DNA of 50,600 bases from Gammaproteobacteria bacterium. Its GTDB lineage: Bacteria > Pseudomonadota > Gammaproteobacteria > QNFN01. The stretch spans positions 1-50,600 of the forward strand of contig JAACFL010000001.1 in NCBI GenBank assembly GCA_009937385.1, given 5' to 3'. Positions 17,891 to 25,384 of the stretch are shown piece after piece; positions within the stretch are counted from its first letter, which is position 1; the number at the start of each line of letters is the position of its first letter. The position numbers were made by a program, and so were the translations under genes. The notes under the pieces were generated by a model. That model was not told the origin of the DNA. It made no database searches and saw nothing but the letters and a program-made list of their open reading frames with translations.

Positions 17891-19006
17891 TCACTCTACG
17901 AAGAGCGTCAGCACCCCGGTGTAGCCGTACAGGCGGCCGTTGTAGATCTCGCCGTTGGCGAAGAATCCGACCAGTGGAAAGTCGCCGAGGCCTTCCTGGA
18001 TCGCGCGCAGCTCCTCGGACTGGTCGCCGAACTGGTGACGGCCGCGACCGACGCAGCTGACGTAGACGCCACCGCGCGGCGTGCGCCCGTCGAGGCGCGC
18101 CGTCAGACGCTGCAGCATCCGCTCGAGATCGGCGCGCGCGGTGTTGCCGTCACGGCGGCAGAACATCAGCTGCTCCTGGCCCTCGAGGTCGTCGCCGACC
18201 GCGACCAGTCCCTGCTTCGGGTCGAGGCCGACCAGGTTGCGCACCAGGTAGTCGCCGGTGTCGGTGTGCGGCACCGGCAGCGCGGCGAAGATGTAGCCAC
18301 CCATGCGCTGCAGGTCGCGCGCGATCACCTCGCCGACATCCTCGCGCAGCACCTCGAGCGCCGGGCGGCCGTCGAGGCGCACGGCGATGTTGCGGTGCGT
18401 CTCGCTGAGCGCGTGCACCGGGCCGAGTGGTGAGCAGCCCTGGGTGTGGTCGGTCAGCACGCCGACCGCGTTGTCGAACAACACCCCGGAGAGACCGCCA
18501 CGGCGCACCTCACCGGCGACCTGCGCATGGACCGTTTCGGAGGCACTCAAGCCGCCGTTGGCGAAGCCGATCGCGGCGTGGTTTGCGAGCTGCGCGAGCA
18601 GCAGCGGCGTGGCCGCGTCGGTCGGGTCGCCGTGCAGCAGCGCGAAGACGCCTTCGCGCCCGGCGAGCCACGCCTCGACCTCGGGCGGCACCAGGTCGCC
18701 GTCAGGGGCGACGAGCTGGAACTGTCCGCGCGGCAGGTCGCCGACCATCACCGCGAGCGCCGGGGTGTCGTAGATCTCGCGACCGGTCACCGCCAGGCCG
18801 TCGCCGACGGTGCCGATCCAGGTCACTCCGGGATGCGCCGCGCGCAGCACCTCGAGCGCCTCGCCGAGCCGGCCGCCGATGGCCCCGGTGGCGTACAGCA
18901 GCCCGAGAGACGCGCCGTCGGGCAGCGGCTCGAGCTGCTCGAGGCAGCGCATCGCGAGCGTGGCCGGTGCATCACCTTCGGCCCAGGTGAACGGAAACGG
19001 GGGCAT
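17891..19006 (-). CDS. Stand-alone FIST-domain (FIST_N + FIST_C) sensory protein
   Basis: A ~370-aa protein with FIST-like layout and the C-terminus GFFANGEI..., which is typical of FIST_C. Start taken at the ATG at 19006 (an alternative GTG lies at 19072). No output domain. Confidence 0.75.
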   Translation of the reverse strand: MPPFPFTWAEGDAPATLAMRCLEQLEPLPDGASLGLLYATGAIGGRLGEALEVLRAAHPGVTWIGTVGDGLAVTGREIYDTPALAVMVGDLPRGQFQLVAPDGDLVPPEVEAWLAGREGVFALLHGDPTDAATPLLLAQLANHAAIGFANGGLSASETVHAQVAGEVRRGGLSGVLFDNAVGVLTDHTQGCSPLGPVHALSETHRNIAVRLDGRPALEVLREDVGEVIARDLQRMGGYIFAALPVPHTDTGDYLVRNLVGLDPKQGLVAVGDDLEGQEQLMFCRRDGNTARADLERMLQRLTARLDGRTPRGGVYVSCVGRGRHQFGDQSEELRAIQEGLGDFPLVGFFANGEIYNGRLYGYTGVLTLFVE

Positions 19007-19101
19007 GCGGGTCCATTGAGCGATCGAGTGACCGCCAAGGGTAGTCAGCGAGGCCGCGCGGCACACTGACACGGATCAGCCGCGTCGGGCGCGGCGCCGC
19101 C

Positions 19102-19473
19102 TCACAGCCCGTGCAACAGCTCCGCCAGCGAGGCCAGCGCGCGGGGCACGCCCACCGAGTTGGTCGACCAGCGGAACACGCGGGGCGACCGTCCTCCAGC
19201 GAGCTCGAGCTCGGACTCGAATGCCTCGACCTGGGGCCCGAAGCTCCAGGACGACAGCGGCGCGGCGCGCGCCAGCAGCAGGTCGATTCGCAGGCGTGCG
19301 TCGGCGTCGATGCGGCCGATGCGCGGCGGTGCGCTGCGGAAGCTCCCCTTCTCCACCCGGTAGCGTCCGTCGGGTTGCAGTTGCGCTCGATAGAAGTAGT
19401 CTCCCGGACCGTGAATCCGGTAGCTGATCGGACCGGGCAATGCCCGGCTGGCACGCTGGAGTTGCAAGTTCAT
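19102..19473 (-). CDS. Hypothetical 123-aa protein, translationally coupled to the SDR gene
   Basis: Its ATG overlaps the SDR stop as ATGA (19470-19473). Sequence begins MNLQLQRASRALPGPISYRIHGPGDYFYRAQLQPDGRYRVEKG... I recognise no family. Confidence 0.55.
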   Translation of the reverse strand: MNLQLQRASRALPGPISYRIHGPGDYFYRAQLQPDGRYRVEKGSFRSAPPRIGRIDADARLRIDLLLARAAPLSSWSFGPQVEAFESELELAGGRSPRVFRWSTNSVGVPRALASLAELLHGL

Positions 19474-20234
19474 AGTCCGGTCGCCTTGTGCACGAGGGGG
19501 AAGTAGAGCCGGTCGGGCAGATGCCGCAACAGGCTCATCCAGGCCGTGAATCGGCGCGGGAAGGCGATCGCGAAGCGCCCGCGGGCGAGGCCGGCGAGGA
19601 TGCCCTCGGCGGCGTCCTCGGGCTCGATCAGCGCCGGCATCGCGAAATCGTTGCGGTCGGTCAGCGGGGTGCGCACGAAGCCGGGGTTGACCAGGTGCAC
19701 ACCGATGCCGCGCGGCTCGAGATCCAGGTAGAGGGTCTCGGCGAGGTTGATCAGCGCCGCCTTGGTCGGCCCGTAGGCGACCGCGGTCGGCAGGCCGCGG
19801 TATCCCGCGACGCTGGCGACCAGCACCAGGCTCGCGCCGGCCCGCCCCTCGAGCAGCGGCAGCGCCGCGGCGACGCTCGCGTAGGCCCCGAGCAGGTTGG
19901 TCTCGACGCTCGCCCGCACCTGGTCCAGGTCGAGCTCGTAGCCGCGCATCGGCACGTAGTGGGCGGCGAGGTAGAACACGTGATCGACCCCATTCCACGC
20001 CTCGCGCAGGACTGCTGCAGACCCTTCGAGCGCACCGTGCTCCGTGACGTCACACGGCACGGCCAATGCCGAGGTTCGCTCGACCAGGCCGTCGAGGCGC
20101 GGCGACGGCCGTGCCGACAGCGCGACCTCGGCGCCGCGCGCGTGCAGCGCCTCGGCCAGCGCCGCACCGATGCCGCTGCTGCCACCGATCAGCCACACCC
20201 GGCGGCCGCGCCAGTCGCGTACCGGGACGTTCAT
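19470..20234 (-). CDS. SDR-family NAD(P)-dependent oxidoreductase
   Basis: Start at MNVPVRDW. Contains GGSSGIGAALAEAL (the TGxxxGxG-type motif) and YGPTKAAL (YxxxK). Confidence 0.88.
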   Translation of the reverse strand: MNVPVRDWRGRRVWLIGGSSGIGAALAEALHARGAEVALSARPSPRLDGLVERTSALAVPCDVTEHGALEGSAAVLREAWNGVDHVFYLAAHYVPMRGYELDLDQVRASVETNLLGAYASVAAALPLLEGRAGASLVLVASVAGYRGLPTAVAYGPTKAALINLAETLYLDLEPRGIGVHLVNPGFVRTPLTDRNDFAMPALIEPEDAAEGILAGLARGRFAIAFPRRFTAWMSLLRHLPDRLYFPLVHKATGL

Positions 20235-20236
20235 CG

Positions 20237-21562
20237 TCACGGCCCACGCTCCAGCAGCGGTTCCGGTGCGGCACCGCGCCGCTGCGGAAAGCGATACGCC
20301 AGCCACCCCAGCGCGGCGAGCTTCAGCAGGCACGGCAGGACCACGTAACCGAGCAGCAGTGGGGCGCGTGCGCTCTCCACGTCGCCCGGCACGTAGCCGA
20401 GCAGCGCGACCAGCGGCAGCGCGATGGCCGCGGCGAGACCGAGCGCCAGCTTGAGCACCAGGTTCCAGAGACCGAAGTAGACGCCACCCTGACCGTGCGG
20501 GTCCCGCTCCGGGTCGGGGTGGGCGAGGTCGGCGAGCAGTGCGCTGGCGAGCGCGAGATCGGCGCCGAGCGCCAGCCCCGACGCCACGCACAACAGCAGG
20601 AAGTAGGGTTCGTCGCCGGGCCCCAGCCACGCCGTGCCCGCAAAGGCCATGACGGCCAACAGCATGCCGGACTGCCAGGCCGCAGGCTTGCCCAGCCTGC
20701 GCCCGACTACCACCCAAACCGGCATACCGAGCGCTCCCGCCGCGAAGTACGCGGCAAGGAACGGACCGGCACGGCCTGGCGCGGCCAGGACGTCGGCGAC
20801 GAAGAAGGGAAACAGGGTCGCGGTCAGCGCGCCGGCACCGGCGCTGAGCAGCAGCACGCCGAGCACCGCGCGCAGCGCCGGGTCACCCCAGGCGCGACGC
20901 AAGGCCTGTTTCGTATCGATGGGCGCACGCTGCACAACGGGGAGCGCGCGCGAGAATCCGGGTCGCAGGTAGGGCCAGGCAATCGCCAGGCCCAGCAGGA
21001 GCAGCAGCGAGAACACCAGGCTGAAGGGCGCCAGCCCCGCCTGCTCGTCCCCCGCGGCCAGCAGGCCGGGCAGCAGCGCCGCGGCGAGCACCCCGACCAA
21101 GCCGATCCCCTCACGGGTGGCCGCCAGCCGCGTGCGCTGGTGCGGATCCGGGTGCAGGTCGGCGACCAGCGCCTGGTAGGCGATGCTCGCCAGGCTGTAG
21201 CCAAGCGAGACCACCACCAGGCTCGCCAGCAGCCAGAGGCCGGGATGGACCGTGTCCGGTGGGTGAAACAGGGCAATCATGCCAGTCGCCAGCAACGGCA
21301 GCGCGAACGGCAGCGCCCAGCGTCGACCCCGCGCGGCCAGCCGACCGTCGACCAGCACGCCGAGCAGCGGGTCGGTCACCGCATCGACCAGCCGTGCGAG
21401 CCCGAGCAGCAGGCCGACCGCACCGAGGCCAAGCGTGGTCGCCTCGACGTAGAAGCGCGGGGCGTGCAGGTAGATCGGCAGCGCCGCCATTGCCAGCGGG
21501 AACGCGAACAGGCCGTAGCCGAACAGCTCGACCCGCCCGAGCGTTTTGCGTGCCGTGTCCAA
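20237..21562 (-). CDS. MFS transporter (GPH/sugar-cation-symporter-like)
   Basis: Twelve hydrophobic segments, and the VDAVTDPLLGVLVDG motif typical of GPH-type MFS. TTG start at 21562, 10 nt after the methyltransferase stop. The upstream 225 aa of the 666-aa track ORF is an off-frame shadow. Confidence 0.8.
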   Translation of the reverse strand: MDTARKTLGRVELFGYGLFAFPLAMAALPIYLHAPRFYVEATTLGLGAVGLLLGLARLVDAVTDPLLGVLVDGRLAARGRRWALPFALPLLATGMIALFHPPDTVHPGLWLLASLVVVSLGYSLASIAYQALVADLHPDPHQRTRLAATREGIGLVGVLAAALLPGLLAAGDEQAGLAPFSLVFSLLLLLGLAIAWPYLRPGFSRALPVVQRAPIDTKQALRRAWGDPALRAVLGVLLLSAGAGALTATLFPFFVADVLAAPGRAGPFLAAYFAAGALGMPVWVVVGRRLGKPAAWQSGMLLAVMAFAGTAWLGPGDEPYFLLLCVASGLALGADLALASALLADLAHPDPERDPHGQGGVYFGLWNLVLKLALGLAAAIALPLVALLGYVPGDVESARAPLLLGYVVLPCLLKLAALGWLAYRFPQRRGAAPEPLLERGP

Positions 21563-21572
21563 GCGCCCGGGC

Positions 21573-22796
21573 TCAGCCCTCGCGCACCAGCGTGAACTGG
21601 TGCACGTCGATCGAACCGGCGCGGAATCCGGCCTCGCAGTAGGCCAGGTAGAAGGCCCAGAGGCGGCGGAACGACCGATCGTAGCCCCGGGCCTCGAGGG
21701 CGTCTCGCGCCGCACCGAAGGCCAATCTCCAGCGCCGCAACGTTTCGGCGTAGTCGAGGCCGAACGCAAAGTCGTCGACCACCCGCCAGCCGGCCTGCGC
21801 CGCAAGCGCGTGGAAGCGGCTCGGGGTCGGCAGCATGCCACCAGGGAAGATGTGGCGCTGGATGAAGTCGCTGCGCCTGCGGTAGCCGTCGAACAGGGCC
21901 TCGTCGATGGTGATCGATTGCACCACCGCGCGTCCGCCAGGGCGCACCGCGCCGTGCAGACGCGCGAAGTAACCGGGCCAGTGCGACTCGCCGACCGCTT
22001 CGAACATCTCGATCGAAACGGCATGATCGTAGACCGTCTCGACGTCACGGTAGTCGAGGTAGTCGTAACGTGACAGTTCGGTGAGCCCGGTGGCCACGGC
22101 CTCGCGGCGGGCCCAGCGCAACTGCTCGCGCGAGAGGCTGATGCCCTCGACCAGGCAGCCACGCGTGGACGCCGCGCGACGCGCGAACGCGCCCCAGCCG
22201 CAGCCCACCTCGAGCACGCTCTCGCCTGCCACGGCACCGAGCTGATCGAGGATCCGGTCGTGCTTGGCCAGCTGCGCCTCTTCCAGCGTCCGCCCTGGCT
22301 CGTCCTCGAAGATCGCTGCCGAGTAGTTCAGCGCCGGGTCGAGCCAGAGCCGGTAGAAGTCGTTGCCGATGTCGTAGTGGGCGCGGATGTTGCGACGGCT
22401 GCCGGAGCGGCTGTTGGCACGCAGCCGGTGCAGGCCGTTCAGCACCCGCTGGGCCACGCCGCTGCCGTGGAAGCTGTCATCCAGGGCATCGCGGTTCAGC
22501 GCCGCGAAGGTGAGCAGACCGGCCAGGTCGGGGGTGTCCCAGAGGCCATCGCGGTAGGCCTCGCCGAAACCGACGTCGCCACTCCAGGCGAGACGCCAGA
22601 AGAGCGCGTTGTCACGCACCTCGAGGCGTGCCTCCGGACCGGGACGTGGACCGGCGAAGCGCAGTCGCTCGCCGCCGGGGAGCTCCAGGTCGAGGCTGCC
22701 GTGGGTGATCCGCTCGAGCCGTGACAGCAGAGGGCGCAGCAGCAGCGGGGTAGAGACCGGCGCGGGGGCGGTCTGGGTCGACACACGGGTGGTCAT
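21573..22796 (-). CDS. Cyclopropane-fatty-acyl-phospholipid-synthase-family SAM-dependent methyltransferase (UfaM/CfaS-like)
   Basis: SAM motif VLEVGCGWGAFA, HYDIGNDFYRLWLD, and the C-terminus WRLAF...LAYCEAGF, all hallmarks of the CFA-synthase family. Confidence 0.9.
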   Translation of the reverse strand: MTTRVSTQTAPAPVSTPLLLRPLLSRLERITHGSLDLELPGGERLRFAGPRPGPEARLEVRDNALFWRLAWSGDVGFGEAYRDGLWDTPDLAGLLTFAALNRDALDDSFHGSGVAQRVLNGLHRLRANSRSGSRRNIRAHYDIGNDFYRLWLDPALNYSAAIFEDEPGRTLEEAQLAKHDRILDQLGAVAGESVLEVGCGWGAFARRAASTRGCLVEGISLSREQLRWARREAVATGLTELSRYDYLDYRDVETVYDHAVSIEMFEAVGESHWPGYFARLHGAVRPGGRAVVQSITIDEALFDGYRRRSDFIQRHIFPGGMLPTPSRFHALAAQAGWRVVDDFAFGLDYAETLRRWRLAFGAARDALEARGYDRSFRRLWAFYLAYCEAGFRAGSIDVHQFTLVREG

Positions 22797-23575
22797 GATG
22801 TCGTCTCCTCGAGAGGTGGCAGGGGCTTGCCGTGGAAGGTGACTCCCTTGAGCCAGAGGCGCAGCGCGTGCCAGTGAATGCGGGCGGTCACGGCCAGCGT
22901 CTGCAGTGGGGTGCGCACGACAGCGCGCACGAGGTTGCCTCCTGCGAGCGGCTGGAGGTCACCCCACAGCGCGGTGCTCAGCACGCGCTCGCCATCCACA
23001 TCGTGGCCGATCGAGACCTGCATGCGGCCGGCGTGGCGCACGAAGCGGAAGCGGTACTCGCCCTCGACGTCGAGGAACGGCGAGACGTGGAAGACCTTGC
23101 TGGCCGTCAGCACGTCGCCGTGCTGGATCGGGCCACGGTCCTGCCTGTGCACCAGGTAATTGTGGTGTTCGCCGAAAGTGTTGTTGACCTCGGCGACCAC
23201 GGCGCGCAGGCCGCCATCACGATCGTGGCAAAACCAGAAGCTGACCGGATTGAAGAGGTAGCCGAACAGCCGCGGCATGGTCAGCAGCGTGATCCGGGCG
23301 TCGACGCGGGCCAGGCCGTGCCTGGCGAGCAGGTCGCGGATCCACGTCCGGAGCGGCGTGCCGTCTCGCGCACCGTGGTCGCTGCTACGGAAGGCGAGCC
23401 ACCCGGGACGGTCGACCGCCAGCGTGCGCGGCGTGCTGGCAAGGTCGTCGACGTCGAGCTCCACCGCGAACATCGGGTAAGCGAAACGGTGACGCACCGG
23501 CCGGTGCCGGTGGTGCATCACCGTGCCGGTGAGCAGGCGGTGGCCACTCACGCCGCACGCCTCGCGGTCAGCCAC
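22793..23575 (-). CDS. DUF1365-family protein
   Basis: LLTGTVMHHRHRPVRHRFAYPMF...LDVDDL is the typical DUF1365 N-terminus. The stop overlaps the methyltransferase ATG as ATGA. The start is either the GTG at 23575 or the GTG at 23551 (GTGA overlap with the upstream stop). Confidence 0.85.
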   Translation of the reverse strand: MADREACGVSGHRLLTGTVMHHRHRPVRHRFAYPMFAVELDVDDLASTPRTLAVDRPGWLAFRSSDHGARDGTPLRTWIRDLLARHGLARVDARITLLTMPRLFGYLFNPVSFWFCHDRDGGLRAVVAEVNNTFGEHHNYLVHRQDRGPIQHGDVLTASKVFHVSPFLDVEGEYRFRFVRHAGRMQVSIGHDVDGERVLSTALWGDLQPLAGGNLVRAVVRTPLQTLAVTARIHWHALRLWLKGVTFHGKPLPPLEETTS

Positions 23576-24825
23576 GGCGCCTGGACGCCGAGCCGGCGCG
23601 CCACGGCGAGGCCGGAGCGCAGGCCGTCCTCATGGAAACCATTGCCGGTCCACGCTCCGCAGTACCATGTATTGCGGTTGCCCTGGATGCCCTCGAGCTG
23701 GCGCTGTGCAGCGAGCGCACCGAAATCGAACACGGGGTGATCGTAGGCGTACTCGCCGATGACCTTCTCCTCGGCGATCGGCTGATTGGGGTTCAGTGTC
23801 ACGATCACCGGGGTCTCGAAAGGCAGTGGCTGCAGCTTGTTGATCCAGTAGCTGACGCTGACCGGACGGTCATCGGGGCCGCCTGCCGCCGCGTGGTAGT
23901 TCCAGGCCGACCAGGCACTGCGTTCGGCCGGAAGCACGCTGGCGTCGGTGTGCAGGACAGCGTGGTTGGGCTGGTAGGGAACCGCGCCCAGCAGCTGGCG
24001 CTCCTGGGTGTCGGCATCGGCCAGCATGCGCAGTGCCTGGTCCGGGTGGCACGCCACGACCGCGTGGTCGAAGTGGCGCGCGCCCTGGTTCTCGCTGATC
24101 ACCACGACACGGCGATGCAGCCTGCGCAGCGCCACGACCGGATCACCGAGCCGCACCTCGCCAACCTGCTCGGCCAACCGACGCACGTACTCACGCGAGC
24201 CGCCATCGACGGTGTACCACTGCGGACGATTGGTCACCTGCAGCAGCCCGTGATTCAGGCAGAAGCGCGCGAAGCTGGCCAGTGGGTAGTCGAGCATCTC
24301 GCCGGTAGGGCAGGACCAGATCGCCCCGGCCATCGGCAGCAGGTACCAGTCGCGGAATTCGCGGCTGAAGCCGTGCGCTTCCAGGTAGCCGCCGAGGGTG
24401 ACACCCTCCTCCGGGTCGCGTTCCGCCTCGACGCTGGCCATGCGGTTGAAGCGCGGGATGTCGCGCAGCATGCGCCAGAATGCACCACGGAACAGGTTGC
24501 GTGGCTGGGCGAAGACCGTGGCGAGGTTGGTGCCGGCCCACTCCACGCCCTCGTCGGCCAGGCGCACGCTGAACGACATGTCGCTCGCGGTGGTCGGCAC
24601 ACCGAGGTGGCTGAACAGGTCGACCAGGTGCGGGTAGGTCTGGTGATTGAAGACCAGGAACCCGGTGTCGACCGGTGCGGTCACGCCATCGATGGTGACA
24701 TCGACGGTGTGTGCATGACCGCCCAGGTGGTCATCGGCTTCGTAGAGGGTGACGTGGTGCTCCCGGCTCAGCAGCCAGGCGGTTGAGAGGCCGGCGATTC
24801 CCGAGCCTATGACGGCGATGTTCAT
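23548..24825 (-). CDS. NAD(P)/FAD-dependent oxidoreductase (amine-oxidase/phytoene-desaturase fold, UfaD-like)
   Basis: The ATG at 24825 is preceded by GGAGGA. The N-terminus MNIAVIGSGIAGLSTAWLL is a GxGxxG dinucleotide-binding fold. Confidence 0.88.
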   Translation of the reverse strand: MNIAVIGSGIAGLSTAWLLSREHHVTLYEADDHLGGHAHTVDVTIDGVTAPVDTGFLVFNHQTYPHLVDLFSHLGVPTTASDMSFSVRLADEGVEWAGTNLATVFAQPRNLFRGAFWRMLRDIPRFNRMASVEAERDPEEGVTLGGYLEAHGFSREFRDWYLLPMAGAIWSCPTGEMLDYPLASFARFCLNHGLLQVTNRPQWYTVDGGSREYVRRLAEQVGEVRLGDPVVALRRLHRRVVVISENQGARHFDHAVVACHPDQALRMLADADTQERQLLGAVPYQPNHAVLHTDASVLPAERSAWSAWNYHAAAGGPDDRPVSVSYWINKLQPLPFETPVIVTLNPNQPIAEEKVIGEYAYDHPVFDFGALAAQRQLEGIQGNRNTWYCGAWTGNGFHEDGLRSGLAVARRLGVQAPWLTARRAA

Positions 24826-24931
24826 GGTGTCCTCCGGGGCATTAGAGGATGGGTAGGTGACGCTGTGGACGACGGGTGGCAGCCGCCTCCAGATTCCCGG
24901 GGCGCCCCGCACCGGCGGGGCGCCCCGGGAA

Positions 24932-25168
24932 TCACGCCGCTCTCAGGTCCTGCATCCGCGTGACGCCGTAACGGCCGACGTAGTTGACGAACCAGGTGTC
25001 GAGGTCGGAACGTTCCACGAACGGCCCCACCACGATGCCGTGGTCACGCACGAGGTGGCGGCCTGGAACCGGCAGGTCGCGAACGATTCTGGCGTCTGAC
25101 GGCCGCATGGCGACGAACCAGCCGCGACTGTCGTGGAACACGCGCTCGGATCGGAAGGACTTGGTCAT
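24932..25168 (-). CDS. Small 78-aa hypothetical protein, first gene of the lipid-modification operon
   Basis: AGGAGA lies 8 nt upstream of the ATG. Third-position GC is ~85% by hand count, like real genes here. The motifs RSERVFHDSRGWFVAMR and VVGPFVERSDLDTWF loosely recall a small DUF family, but I cannot assign it. Confidence 0.6.
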   Translation of the reverse strand: MTKSFRSERVFHDSRGWFVAMRPSDARIVRDLPVPGRHLVRDHGIVVGPFVERSDLDTWFVNYVGRYGVTRMQDLRAA

Positions 25169-25286
25169 GTCTGCGTTCTCCTCTTATCTAGTGTCAGAGC
25201 AACCTGGTCGTCTCTGAGTTGCCCGTGCTGCTTCTGATGACTCTCTGGCTACCGCCGGGGAAGACTTTCATGTCGTCGTGGAGAAG

Positions 25287-25315
25287 ATTGTAGTAGACAG
25301 AGATACGAATGTCTA
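25287..25315 (-). promoter_or_regulatory. Candidate sigma70 promoter for the minus-strand lipid operon
   Basis: Read on the minus strand: TAGACA (25315-25310), a 17-nt spacer, then TACAAT (25292-25287). It lies about 120 nt upstream of the ATG at 25168. Confidence 0.3.
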
Positions 25316-25384
25316 GGACAAATGCAGTTTTTTATTCTTGCAATCTTGGTCAACCTTATGTATGTTTCATTTATGTCTACTACA
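25289..25384. promoter_or_regulatory. Perfect 11-bp inverted repeat, each arm overlapping one divergent promoter; candidate LitR/CarH operator
   Basis: TGTAGTAGACA (25289-25299) and TGTCTACTACA (25374-25384). Both arms are followed by AGATAC. An extra ATGTCTA copy sits at 25309-25315. This is the only markedly AT-rich intergenic region in the window. Confidence 0.4.
25338..25366 (+). promoter_or_regulatory. Candidate sigma70 promoter for the MerR/B12 regulator, predicting a leaderless mRNA
   Basis: TTGCAA (25338-43), a 17-nt spacer, then TATGTT (25361-66). The ATG at 25373 lies 7 nt after the -10 box and has no SD sequence upstream. Confidence 0.35.

Noticed and set aside
21563-22237. N-terminal 225 aa of the 666-aa track ORF (20237..22237), which would make a giant MFS fusion
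   Set aside because: That portion overlaps the CFA-synthase-like gene in another frame and is Arg/Ala/Ser-rich junk. The MFS body begins at the TTG at 21562, just after the methyltransferase stop.
25322-25372. Upstream ATG extension of the MerR/B12 regulator (MQFFILAILVNLMYVSF)
   Set aside because: It is encoded by the AT-rich promoter DNA and contains the predicted -35 and -10 boxes. MerR HTH proteins start close to the helix-turn-helix, as the ATG at 25373 does.
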